The notes beneath the pieces are model-generated. The model was not told where the DNA came from and did no database searches. It was given only the letters and a program-made list of their open reading frames with translations. Position numbers and translations under genes: made by a program. 64,000 nucleotides of DNA from Yuukianura sp. NJ FZ-2021 (taxonomy: Eukaryota), in NCBI GenBank assembly GCA_046563655.1, contig CM102284.1, forward strand, positions 2,418,001 to 2,482,000, given 5' to 3'. How positions within the stretch are numbered: position 1 is the stretch's first letter; every line of letters starts with the position of its first letter. Of this stretch, positions 1 through 13,169 are shown in pieces.

Positions 1-50
1 ACCCGGAACATAGACGTCATCACACCGAAAGCACCGAATAGCCCAAAGCC
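1..50 (-). CDS. Second Ly6-like N-terminal exon (partial)
   Basis: Acceptor tttgaag, then phase-1 (G)LWAIRCFRCDDVYVPG, resembling a signal-cleavage site plus the first CxxC of a Ly6 domain. Confidence 0.45.
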
Positions 51-593
51 CTTCAAATATATGGAAAATAGACCATAGACATGGATGCTTTTGATTTTTT
101 TTTACAACATTCTCCTCGTAGGTACTTATAGTGAATTTGTTTTCTCTCTTTTTTAATCTAATTACTAACTTTTGTAAAAGTTGTATAATTGGATTGAATT
201 ACAAGGCAGAGAAAGTGTATTTGTACTTTGGCTCGAAGGGAAAGTCGAAAAGTTCAAAGAAACCCTCTTAACTTAAAACAAAGTTTGAGATGAAAGGGAT
301 TCAAATTCTAAAATTTTGAAAAGAGCTTTTCCTACAAAAGTTAAAAGTGTGTAGAGTGGACCAATTACGAGAGCATACAGAAAAATGAAAAAGCAGCGAC
401 TTATTACAGCAAAACATTTTGCCAACACCATTGCAAGATAGAGAAGCATAAAGAAAATGGTGCACATGCTGCCGCCAACGTCAAGGTTGTGAGTGAAGTA
501 TTTGAAAAAAATTGTCTCGAATTCAGTGGAAGCGCGGCTAACCGAAAGCATAGTGAGAGGTGAAAGCTTGGCGACAAAATTTTGAATTTTTAC

Positions 594-2046
594 CGCCATT
601 GACTCCCGTCGTTTTGATACAAAACCGTCCGTCGTAGATGGGGTCACATGAGACGTAAGGCACAATGTACGAGTCCTCTGAGGTCATGTACTCTGGGCAA
701 TAGTGGTCGTTGACACTGGAACAGTTGTAGCACATTCGACCCTCTCCACCTAAATTCATCCACATGCAAACAGTTCATCACGAAACAGTCAACAACGATA
801 GTCCGTGTCATGCATTTCAAATATGCAAATTTCCGTGCGATCATAAGCACTCATGCGCACTCAATGTCTATAATTTCCTTCATCTCAGTTGAATATTAGT
901 TCTAGGAAAAGTTGATTGGATTCGATCTGTCTGCTGTTTTGGAGACATGCTTTTTCTCGAGAAAATTTCCTTTCTGCCCAATAACAAAAGTCTTGAGATG
1001 AAGTGAAAGTGAGTAAATTGTGTTGAGTCAACAGAAAAGCGCGGTTGATTTCCAGCGTCTTTATCCTGTCTTCGCTTTCACTTTCACTTGATCTCCCTAA
1101 TTTCCCACGAAACTCAGCTCCAAATGAAGCATCAAACTCAATTCCCGTTCAAATGTCACTTGTCTACTCCCTGCAGGCAGACATTCTTTTTCGGATTTAT
1201 TAAAGCGAAAGTCAAGTCTCTCTTTCTTTTCTATAGACGTAAATGTTGACCTGAAACCAAAAATATACTAAAACTTAGCCTAACCTTCTCTTTCTTCATG
1301 TTAGTTTTAATCTTACTAGGTCATAGTTATAGTAAGTAAAAACATAGGTTTTCCTACATACAGCTACCTGAAATTCGTCATGTTGTTACATTTGATTTGG
1401 CTATTCTTACCTTAGCCAAATTAATGCTGGTTTGTTTAAATTCACGTCTAAAAACTAAACCTCAGAATTTCTTTTTTTCTTTTTTTTTTTTTTGCTACCG
1501 TTACCTCCCTTCATTTTATTTTTTTTTATTTTTAGACAAAGCTCCAGGAAATAGATGACATTGGCCTACGGTAGCCCAGTGTTGTGGTGCATGTTAAATT
1601 CTTCTATATTCTACTTTTACCCGATCTTTTTTAAATACTTCAATGTTTCATGTTACACAGCCCCATACACCTGCGACATGACACTGCCACTTCCAAGGTA
1701 GAGTGAGTCAGAGGAAGTGGCGTCATTGTTCTCAAATGGGAACAAGAGGGAATAACTATTAATAAATTCCAAATAGTTAGTTGGGGAAATTCGAAACTGC
1801 TAGAAATTTCGGAGGCTCGATTTTCAAGCAAACAAACAAACAAAAACGAATTACCGATGAGTTATCTAACAACTAACTTAATTTAAGAATAAATTAACAA
1901 AACCTAAAGCTTCAAAAATGTCGATTCTGAACTTTATTTAGCAAAAACCTTACAAAAAAAAGAATTTGTCGAAATTTGGATTTTTTACCTGACGCATTTA
2001 GGAGAATGATGACTCCAAGGTAAATGAACATGTACAAAGATTTCAT
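594..2046 (-). CDS. Ly6/uPAR three-finger (quiver/CG6329-like) secreted or GPI-anchored protein, 5' part; exons 2046-1989 and 749-594, remainder beyond the window start
   Basis: Exon 1 encodes the signal peptide MKSLYMFIYLGVIILLNAS with a phase-1 GT donor. Exon 2 (ttag acceptor) encodes GGEGRMCYNCSSVNDHYCPEY...VSCDPIYDGRFCIKTTGVNG, the CxxC...C...C...CxK pattern of arthropod Ly6 domains. Confidence 0.8.
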
Positions 2047-3528
2047 GTTGTAGTTAGTTCAATTCCTCACTATGAACGTTCTGCACTTTTCATTGGAATT
2101 CACTTTTTTGTGTAACTTTTTAAAAATTTTAATTTGACCTAATCATTTTAATTAACCACTTCCTAGAAATTCATTCTGGACGAAACACGTAAGATTTTTG
2201 GGAAAACCTCGACTGATTTTGCTTTGTAAGTGCTGAGTTGGAAAGAAAACTTTTGGTAACTTGATGTATTTTTCCTACAACTCAAAATTTTGTTCGTTTT
2301 AGCGGAGTTGGGAAACGGGTTTGACCGGTTGTTCTGTTGTGAAGTGACTCCAATTTTTCCAAAATGAAAATAAATTTTCCAATAAAATGAGAAGTAAATA
2401 CTGGAGTTTAGGACATGGGCTGATGATTCTCCGAATGGTAAAGGAGGAGTGGGCAGTGTGTAGTGGCGGGTAGAACCGTTAAGGGAGTCCTTTGTGTGCC
2501 AGGATTCAGTGGAAAGGTGGTTGGACTGAAAATGTAGTAGAAGGTGGAATTGGGAGATTCATAAAAATATAAGCACTCTCTTACTCGCTCGACGCCTTCT
2601 TTCGTAATTGCAGGTCCATTGTATTTTGAGGATGCGAGAGACGCATCTTGGATCCAAAAGTTCCAAACGACGAAGAGATGAATAAGCAAAGTATTTCCAT
2701 GCCTATAGTCTCCCTCGTTCAATTTTTTTCAACCACGATCACCTTCACGACCTATCATTGGACAATCAATTATTAACATTACCAATACCACATGCTGTGT
2801 CTATTTTTCATCATTTTTTAAAAAAGCCTTAACATTTCGCACAAAAATAGCCTAACGGTATTAGTTTTTTAGTCAAACTTTTTTTTTTGAACATAGTAAG
2901 GTTACATACAGTACAGTATATTTTTTTTCGAACATAGTACAAAATTTATACCAAAAAATTTGTTGGAAATTGGATATTTAAAAAAGGTACATTTGGTGAG
3001 AATTAGTTTATGGAAATGTCATTTGTATGAAGTTCTGTGTTCTATTGAGTAGCTGATTATGACCTTGGAGAGTTTTTGGTTTAACACGAACGTTTAACAC
3101 TGGCCATAAATTGAATCTCATCTATAAGCTAACACTTTTATCGTACAAAAACTTCGCAGTCCTTCATATTCCACTGCTATCAAAAAAAGTGTCCTTCAGA
3201 TTTGGCAAATACTTAATAGTAGGAAACTGCCATAGGCCTAGACAAGGAACCGCGCGTGTCATGAAATCAGTTCCAGAATGTGCTTATGTGGACAAATTGG
3301 TGACTAATTGCGTAAACATGGTATGTTAGAACCACGAACAGAGTCGGAGTCCGTGGGTTTTATGGATGGATGTGCGTATAAGTATACATTTGACATTAAA
3401 GTTTTTATCGCAAATTCTACTTCACTTTTATTCTGGTCATCGTCCGATTCTCACCGAATTCCAACACGACTTTTGCCACGAAATTTTATTTTGGCTTACT
3501 TAGAAGATTCACCTCACTAATCTAAACA

Positions 3529-5381
3529 ATGGGAGATTGCGCAGAAGTTTTGGCAGTGGACAGCACGACTGACCTCATCAAGAACAACATCAAAGTTGCC
3601 TTGAGATCATCCGGAGTAACAGATGAAGTGAAAAGTATTGACCTTGTTCTTCCGCCGGAACTCAGAGGAGAACACTTTGCAACGGAGACTGCTTATGCGA
3701 AGATCCACTTCACGAAGACGTGTCTGCCACCGAAGAATCTCTTCGTTAAAAAGTTCTCCAGCAGTGTAGTGCAGCGCGAAATGGTCAAAAACATGAAGGT
3801 CATGGACAAGGAAGCAGCGTTCTTCAACAAAGTCCTTCCAGCACTTCGCCAATTTTCAAAACGGTTTCCGGGGTTAGAAACAAATTCTGAATTGGAACAA
3901 AAAGAAATCAATTTTTATGAAATATTAATATTTTTTATAATGTTTCTGTTTTGTAGGTGTGAAGATTTGCTGAACTTTTTTCCAAAGTGTCTTTACGCAG
4001 ATGAGGACTGCGTCATTTTGGAAAATTTAGTACTTGACTATGGATATATCATGCTTGACAAGGAGGAACAACAAGACTACGAAGCTGCAAAGTAAGGTGC
4101 ACGTTTAAAATTTTGACTCAGTGTTCATCAAAGAACATTGTTTAATTCAAAATCGAGAATCAAGAAAACAATTTATGAATTTCACTTGAATTTTTTTTGC
4201 AGGCTTGTTTTCACTCATTTGGCGAGATTCCATGCGGTAAACTACGCTTTCATTGAAACGATGGGCAGAGATCAGTTTCTGCGGGAATTCGAACTTAGCG
4301 TCACAGAGTCCTTTGACTTCAGTCCCACCTCTGTCATGGCTCCAATGTTTGATAATGGGCTAGCCACTTGCATAAAAATTCTCCAAGTGAAATACTTTTA
4401 ACTAGTCCATGTTGAATTCCAAAATATTAATTAAGACTTTGTTTTCTAACAAGGACAACCCAATGGAAGGAAGCAAGGAGACAATAGAAAAACTTGGTAA
4501 AATGATTGGACATACTCTGCCAGAGTTGGCTAGCACTCTGGAACGTGACAACAATCACAAACTTCTTGTTTTAAATCACGGCGATTGTTGGTAAGAAATA
4601 TGTACAGTAAAAAAAAAGTTAAAAAAGTATCACTTTTATTAAAGATATTAATTCCTACTTTGTATTTTTCAAATGAAGTTCAAATTTTCACATTTTGATT
4701 AGGAACAACAACATGCTGTTTAAAAAGGACCCGGAGACTGGTCGTCTCTCCGACCACTTGCTTGTGGATTTCCAAGTAACTTTTTTTTTTTAAAAATGCC
4801 TGTGTTTTAGAAAAAAGGATTTTTCAATTTTATAGTGAGGATTTGAATTTGATTCGTTTTGTAAAAACTTGTATTCCACGTCTTTGTAGATCACACGTTA
4901 TGGATCTCCCTGCCTGGACCTTGGTTACTACTTCCTAACAAGTGTCAAACCGGAAGTGCGGAGGGCTCACTTTGAAGATCTCTTGCAACTGTACTTGGAC
5001 GAATTCGAAGCAACTGCAAAGCGTTTGGGCAAAAATTGTCCATCCACTTTCGAGGTACCACAACTTTTGAAAAACAAAACTCCAAAATTCAAAACCCAAA
5101 AATTGCAGTGTAACTTGTGGAGTTTTTAGGAACTATTGGTTGATTTCAAGCATTTTTCCAAACTGGGTTACTACGTGGCTCTGAGCATGATCTCAGCTAT
5201 TGGTGCGTTCAAGAACCTTGAGATGGATGAGCTTGGCACTGATCCAGATCCAGCCAGGATGATGGAGACATTCAACAAAATTATTGCTGACTGGATTGCC
5301 GCTAATCCCGACAAAGCAAACACCAGCGCCAGCGGCATCATCCAATCCGTCAAGGGTTTTGACGAAATTCAGCGGAAGTAA
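3529..5381 (+). CDS. Ecdysteroid kinase-like (EcKL/DUF227, choline-kinase-like) protein, copy 1, 7 exons
   Basis: Spliced ORFs give LFVKK, E..FF, VILENL, LARFHA, LNHGDCW-NNNMLF (Brenner motif) and VDFQITRYGSPCLDLGYY. Confidence 0.9.
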
Positions 5382-6263
5382 ATCCTAAGCAATTTTACAA
5401 AAAACAATAAATTAAAAAGATAACCAAACTTTTGAGCAATTTTGAGACTCCAGAAATCCACTGCTAAATTTATGAACCAGTCGTCAGTATTTCATTCGGT
5501 ATTTCCGTCTGATATCAAACGTGAGTAAGCCTTTGCAGCAATTTATGTTTGATAAAAATCGGTTGAAGGTTGACTCACTGCTAGTTATTGTATGGTTTAA
5601 CAAAATGAAATAACGATATTGTCATGTTAGGCTTAACTTTTTTTGTCATTTTAATTAAGTTAGGTTTGAGTTTTTAAATTTTAGTTGAGTTCATTGCGAA
5701 AGAGATTCGCGTGTAGTTTGAAGTGGTACAATGCAAATGTCATTTTTACGACGTGTTGAATTCGATTGAGTGGATGATTGTGAGGTTGCAGAATTTGAGG
5801 GTCAGTTGACCATAGTGGACTGCTTAACACTTACCATAATTGAACCGCATCTCCAGCTACCACTTATCCTACAAAAAATAGCAGCGTCCTTCACATTTCA
5901 ATACTAACAATCATCAAAGCGACCTTCAGCTTCAGTTAGGCAAAATAATATGAAATCACTCCTAAACTAAACCAGAAACCGCGCGTCATGAAACTAGTTC
6001 CAGGAGCTGTTTATACGCCGTAGTGTTGACAAATCTCGTAAACAGGATTGCAACCTCGACCAAACTTTGAGTCCGTGGTGATTTCGAGATTGGCATTTGA
6101 ATTATCCCTTCTTTGTATTCATTGGTCATCTCACATTCCACTTCACTTTCGTTCTGCGATTTGTCCACTACGCATCAAATTTCAGAATTGGCATTTTTTG
6201 CAACCTCTTGATTAAGTGAGAAGTTAGATTTGACTTAACTAAGCTAAAAAATTAAGTTGAACA

Positions 6264-8147
6264 ATGGGAGATTGCGCAGAAACACCACAAGGAGACAGCA
6301 TGATTGATTTGATCAAGAACAACATCAAAGTGGCCTTGAGGTCATCCGGAGTCACAGATGAAGTGAGTAGTATTGACATCATTCTTCCACCGGAACTCAA
6401 GGGAGAACACTTTGCAACGGAGACAGTTTATGCAAAGATTCACTTTGCGCAAGCGTCTCTGCCACCGAAGAATCTCTTCGTCAAGAAGTACTCCAGCAAT
6501 AAACTGCACAGCGACATGATCAGAAAGATGAAAGTCATGGACAAGGAAGCCGCTTTCTTTAACAAAGTCCTTCCAGAACTCCGCAAATTTTCAAAACGGT
6601 TTCCAGGGTTAGAAAGGAACTCTGAAATGGAACAAAAAGAAATCAATTTTTTGAAATACTGATATTTTGAATGTTTCTGTTCTGTAGGTGTGAAGATTTG
6701 CTGAACTTTTTCCCGAAGTGTCTTTACGCAGATGATGACTGCGTCATTTTGGAAAATTTAGTACTTGACTATGGATACATCATGCTCGACAAGGAGGAAC
6801 AACAAGACTATGAAACTGCAAAGTAAGATGGACGTTTAAAATTTTGACAAAAATTTAAAAAAAAAAAATTCAGTAAGATATTCTTTTAACTAAAAATCAA
6901 GATGTATGAATCTCATTCTAATTTTTTGTGTAGGCTTGTTTTTACCCACTTGGCGAAATTCCATGCGGCCAATTACGCTTTCATTGAGACGATGGGCAGA
7001 GATCAGTTTTTACGGGAATTTGAATTGAGCGTGACGGAATCGTTTGACTTCAGCCCCACTTCTGACATGGCCCCAATGTTCGACAATGGAATCGCCACTT
7101 GCATCAAAATTCTCCAGGTACTTATTTAAATAATTTAAGTAAGTTTCAAAAACATTTTAACTTTACACTACTGCATTCAAAAACATTAATTTTTTAAAAC
7201 TTTTTTTTAAATAAAGGACAACCCAATGGATGGCAGCACGGAGACCATAGAAAAACTTGGTAAAAAGATTGGACACACTTTGCAAGAGTTGGCTACCACC
7301 CTGGAACGAGACAACAATCAAAAGCTTCTTGTTCTGAATCACGGCGATTGTTGGTACGCATAAGCAATTCTAAAACTTAATTAAAACGCAAAAATTAAAA
7401 TCACAATATACGTATTAAAAGTAGCAAAGTACGACAGTTTAAGTTTCTTTACTGTCTATACTTTTACTTTTGACTTTTTTTAAAATTGTTTTTGTTTTGT
7501 ATAGGAACAACAATATGCTGTTTAAAAAGCATCCAGAAACTGGAAAGATTTCGGATCACTTGCTTGTGGATTTCCAAGTAAAAAATACAATTTTCAAAAA
7601 AAATTATTATTTCGCTTTCACAATTTTGGCAACAATTTTAATGTATCTTTTTGATTAACAGATCACACGATATGGATCTCCTTGCCTAGACCTTGGCTAC
7701 TACTTTTTGACGAGTGTGAAGGCCGATGTGCGGAGGGCTCATTTTGAGGATCTCCTCAAACTGTACCTGGAAGAATTCGAAACAACTGCAAAGCGCTTGG
7801 GCAAAACATGCCCAGTCTCTTTCGAGGTGAAACACAATTCGAAATTCAAAATTCAAAAAATTAATAAGGTAATGCTCATCCTGGCGAATTTTTAGGAACT
7901 GGTGGCCGACTTTAAGACTTTTTCCAAACTTGGTTACAACATGGCTCTGAGCATGATGTCAGCCATTGGCGCCTTTAAGGACTTGGACATGGATGACTTT
8001 GGCACTGATCCAGACCCAGCCAAGATCATGGAGAAATTCAACAAAATCATTTCCGACTGGATTGAAGCCAATCCAGACAAAGCAACCACCATCTCCAGCA
8101 ATGTCATAGAATTTGTCAAAGATTATGAAGAACTCCAACGCAAGTGA
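6264..8147 (+). CDS. EcKL protein, copy 2 (tandem paralog), 7 exons
   Basis: Same exon structure and motifs (HGDCWNNNMLF, DFQITRYGSPCLDL) as copy 1, with high similarity throughout. Confidence 0.9.
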
Positions 8148-9163
8148 ACCTAAAGAGTATTGTCTTCGGAGTAAAAACGTTACCTTGTTCTTGTGGTTAC
8201 CCGGAAGCATCATAAGCTAATCAAACTTTTAGTGGCAATGCAATTCTTGTTCTTGTTGCAATAAATTGGTACATTCTGTCTTCCTGTGAGAGTTTGAGAA
8301 ACCATTTAAGTTAAAATGCAATGAGATTTCGAAATTTTGAATTTTCTTCACTCAAAATTGTTATGTAATGGGAATTGTAAAAAATATAGAGTTGTTGATG
8401 TGAGTGGTTACCGTAACTCTTGTTTCAAATTATTCACCACGTTATGTATCGTCATACTTCTGCTGATTAGTGTTAATCCTTGTGGTTCTTTTTGTTCTAC
8501 TTGCGGTTAAGCTAATTATTGTTCTGCTTCTGCGTCTGGCCTCATGCATCTTACAACACATCTGCTGGTCTCTCCTGGAGTCGGATCCAAAAAAGTCTGT
8601 TCCAGAAGGGAAAGGATTTCTAGTGTGGTTAATTCCACGTTTTAGCTTATATCAGCTGAATTAGAACATATTTTTACTCACTCTTCTAACAAAAACGTTA
8701 TTTTGACTTAATTTTTACCTTCAACCTCTGCTAGGTTACATGTACAACGAATTAACAGCAATTTAGAAGTGCAAATCAGACCTATTTTGTATATCTTTGG
8801 AGTTACGTTGACAACATTCCAAGGAAAAGTTAGTTTTGAAACAAAAGTGAAAGTAACTTTCTTCGTATGTTCAGAATTTTCCCATTTGAAATGTTATCTG
8901 ACATGGGAGAGGATTACTTCTTGGACGAAGATAAACTGTAACAATCTTTTAGAACAATTTTTTAGACAAGAGTTTTTCTTAATTTGCTATCATATTGTTA
9001 TCACTTGGTTCCGGTTTTTCGGTTTGGATTTTGCACTGTTTTCATTTTTTGCTTTATTGACAAAAGTTTATTTTGTGTATTGATTTTGGTCTTGCGAAAG
9101 TGAAAGTGCAACAGGAGGAGAAAAGTGGATCTGTTGGCGCTGCGTCTGCGCCTTGAAGCAAGG

Positions 9164-11059
9164 ATGCAGGATGACTACGCTTGTGAACATGACTATCGCT
9201 ACTACTACTTTGAAGATCGACTGTAAATCACCCGTATCATTTGCTTTCTTTGTTAAACACTACTTCATTTGCTATTTTTATGTCTATCATGTGAACAAGA
9301 TTTTTGATTTTTCTTGCCTAGCAAAACTCCGATTTTTTATCACGGGAAATGCGGTTTCCGATGAATTTGAAACGGAGTGGTTTTGGTGACAAAATTTTTC
9401 TACTTTAACTACTAGTGCAGTTCACTTTGTTTTTAGGCTTTTGCATCTCTTTTTATTTCGTTGTGCTTCTAGAAATTTTTTTTTTAATTTTGAATAATGT
9501 TCGGTATGACCCACATGCCCTCGTTTTTTGAAAACAGGGGACTCAAGGTCACTTCGGGAAGTGTGACAATTGTGAAGGATGCGTCGACGAATATGATTGG
9601 AATCAGCATTGGCGGAGGAGCACCCAATTGCCCATGCCTCTTTATCGTCCAAGTAATTCAAACTAATTATAAATTCCATAATTACAACCGGAATTACTCG
9701 AAAAAATTTGAGCAGATTTCAAGAAATTTCAAACCTCGTTTTTATAGGTGTTTGATAACACTCCAGCGTCGAAAGAAGGAACTCTGCAGAGTGGAGACGA
9801 ACTGCTTTCAGTGAACAATGTTTCTGTCAAAGGGAAAACGAAAGTAGAAGTGGCCAAACTCATCCAAGCAGTCAAAGTAAATCTTCAAAAAAAATTAACT
9901 TTTTTAAAGTGGAAATTTAAAAATTGCTTTGTACAGGGAGATGTCGTTATCAACTACAATAAGCTTCATGCCGAAGCGTCACAGGGGAAGAGCTTGGACA
10001 TTATTTTGAAAAAAGTGAAACACCGTCTAGTAGAGAACATGAGTTCGTCAACAGCAGATGCTCTCGGACTTTCCCGCGCAATTCTGTGCAACGACAGCTT
10101 GGTCAAGAAGTTAGCTGAGCTTCAGAGGACAGAGGTCATGTACCGTGGGCTTGTAGAACACACACAGCGTCTGCTCAGAGCATACCTTGAACTCCATCGG
10201 GTCATCAAGCTCTTCGGCGACTGTTTTGCACAAATCGGAGTTCGAGAACCACAACCAAGAGCATCTCTAGCTTTTACACAATTTGCAGACTATCATCGAA
10301 GTATCGAAAAGAAAGGAATAGACATGATCAAGAAACTTAAACCGGTAAATCATCAGTGTGGTAGCATAACTACTAACTAAAACTAAAACTAACCTAACAT
10401 GTTAGCTTAACCTAACATTTTTGCATGCGTTTAGGTTTTGGCTGACCTGGGAACTTATTTACACAAAGCAATTCCAGACACAAAGTTGACCATAGGAAAG
10501 TACGCAGACGCGAAGTTTGAGTACTTGTCGTTTTGTCTCAAAGTAAAGGAAATGGATGACGAGGAAATCAATTATGCTTCCATACAAGAACCACTTTATC
10601 GAGTAGAAACTGGAAACTACGAATACAGGTTCAATGCTTAAAAGCTACTCTCCTGAATATTTCAGTCGAAAATTGTTCCTGGAATTTGAAATTTACGTTT
10701 CCTTTAGGTTGGTGCTGCGGTGTCGGCAAGAAGCAAGAGCTCGATTTGCGCAACTCCGATCGGATGTACAGGTGAAGCTAGAGCTATTGGACAACAAGCA
10801 TGTTCAAGACGTCGCCACCCAACTTCAAAAACTGTCGCAAGGAATTGCTGAATTCTATGAAGAGTTGTTCAACATGAGTAAAGAAAACGAAAATTTGTTT
10901 CCGGTAGAAGTTGACCTAACTGACACGGCGTTCATCTACGATTCCAACTTCGATACGCTTCCACCCGACGAAGAAGACGAACCACCACCAGCACAAGCTC
11001 CAGAAGAACATAGTTGTAGCAGTAGTGGTACCAGCAGCAGTCAACTTCCGCTTTTCTAG
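9164..11059 (+). CDS. PICK1: PRKCA-binding protein PICK1 (PDZ + arfaptin-type BAR domain, acidic tail)
   Basis: Exon 1 MQDDY...FEDRL (9164-9222). PDZ: NMIGISIGGGAPNCPCLFIVQVFDNTPASKEGTLQSGDEL. BAR: GKSLDIILKKVKHRLVENMSSSTADALGLSRAILCND, YLHKAIPDTKLTI, KFEYLSFCLKVKEMDDEE, EPLYRVETGNYEYRLVLRCRQ. Confidence 0.96.
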
Positions 11060-11640
11060 TAATCCGTATCTAAACAATAAACGAACAAACTTTATTTAAA
11101 TGATTGAAGAAAAAAAATGCAACCGAGAAGGTGTTGAATTTGACGATAATACAAAGTTATGTTACAATGGTTACAAATACGCGGGGTCGTAGTTACCTCA
11201 CGTGTAATAGACTAGATGGTTACAGCGGATACAAGTATCATTAAAGCAACCGAGAGCCGTAGTCGAAATGTCACGCATTTCCTAGGAATAGTCCATCCCG
11301 TTTTTTGTACTTTTGTTATTGTTGTTGTTTCAACAAGTTATGTTGATCTGTCGATAAATTTACTGAAGGAAAAGGAATTTACCTAAACAACCATTTTGTT
11401 GTTCATTTAGTACAACAAAAATAAGTTGATAACCGGTGATGGGGACCTTGAGACATGCTGTCAGCATCTGCTTCTCCGGACTGTTGTTGAATTGCGCTTC
11501 GTCGTGTGTCGCTGGAGATTTCGCTGCAAATGGCATTCCTGGGATTCAAATACCGGTACATTAATACATTACATTTCAGCTGATCAAGTAAGTTTTGACA
11601 AAAGTCGATCCTAATTGATTCTAAACTCGTGATTGAATAG

Positions 11641-13169
11641 GTTCTGGAAGAATCCAAGGTTGTTCCTATCGTCACCATCATTCCGGGGAAGTTGGACGTA
11701 GATTTGTTCGCAATCGATTCGATTCTGGACAAAATTGGTGACCGGCCTTTCGCAGTCTACTCAATCAATGGACCGTCCCGTACTGGGAAATCGTATCTCT
11801 TAAGCCGTTTCGTTCATCACTTGACAGGTTCAAGTTGTTACTCATACTCAAAGATATTACAAATGGTTTTCTTGTCACAAAGGTTAAATTAGACTAAACG
11901 TTCTTATTTGGACAGGAGGCTCCCCTGAAACCAACAACGGATTTGAATGGAGAGGAGAAACAGATCGATGTACAAGAGGAATCAACGTTTGGGCAGATCC
12001 GCTCGAAGTGTCTCTGCGCAATGGATCTACACTTCCGGTTCTGCTGGTGGATACACAAGGATGCTTTGATGAAAAATCACCACTGGAGTTGGATGCCAAA
12101 CTGTTTGCAATTGCCACGCTCCTCTCATCTGTTCAAGTGTTCAATACCATTCGAACGATTGATGAAGCGACGCTTCAGTTCTTGGAAGCATTTACCGGTG
12201 TAGCCTCCATGTGCAACAGTTATGTAGCCCACGAACAGAAAGACAATGTACCAGATTTTCAGAAACTGATGGTCCTTATTCGCGACTTCCAGTTCCGAGA
12301 TTATAAATTTGGGTACTATGACAACAATCACAAACCACTGGGAGAAAATAGAAATTTCAAGGTTGACCGACTCAGTCCAAAGGAAAGCCAAAGCGAAGCT
12401 CATCAGCGAGTTCGGTTGAACATTATACAAAGCTTCAACGAAACTGCTGTTTACTTGATGCCCCATCCAGGTGATCCAATACTTTGTTTAAATCAACATT
12501 CCATTGCAGTCTGAATGTAATGCTGAGCAGTATATTAACCGTGTTGTTTCGATCTTCTTAGGAAAGGAGCTGAGCATGTACGACAATCCAAGTAATTTGG
12601 ATGAGGACTTCAAGAAATCCGAAGAAGAGCTAGTGAGTATTCTCTTCAGTTCTAAGAACCTCATTCCGAAGAAGGTTGGACAAAAAGTTGTGACGGGGTT
12701 AGAGTTCAAAGGTCACGTTGCCCGGTGGGCAGAAGTTCTGGAGAAGATACAGAATCTGAAACTTCCAAAAACGTCAGAAGGTGCAGCTGAAATTCAGTAT
12801 TTGACGGGAATCGAGAGCGCTAGGAACGACTACTCTTCCAAGATGAATTCCTTTATGGCAACTAAAAAGTTTAGAATTGATAGTAAACTTTTAGAAACCA
12901 AACACATCGAAATCATTGATTCTTTGTGTGAGGCTTTTGAGCATAAACTGCTATTCCGAAAGCACCATCAAAACAGTATAAGATTCCGCAAGGAACTGGA
13001 AGAGTGGAGTAGTGGTCAGTTATCCAAGTACCACGAATTTAATTTAAACAATTACGAGTACTGGGCCTACTTTGCAATTGCGGCTTGGAAATTGGTGTAT
13101 CCATATTTGCTTTATATATTGGCTACTCTAGTTTTTATAAAGTCAGTAAGATGGTTGATCGGAATTTAA
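11641..13169 (+). CDS. Atlastin-like (GBP/atlastin family) membrane GTPase; 5'-most exon not resolved
   Basis: G1 NGPSRTGKSYLL, GFEWRGETDRCTRGINVW (G2), LLVDTQG (G3), VLIRDF (RD motif), YLMPHPG, a helical middle region, and a hydrophobic C-terminus. Confidence 0.88.

Noticed and set aside
273-665. 130-aa hydrophobic ORF on the minus strand
   Set aside because: Overlaps the Ly6 exon in another frame and runs through T-rich intron sequence.
8470-8664. Hydrophobic ORF upstream of PICK1
   Set aside because: GTG start, T-rich composition, and no coherent gene model on either strand.
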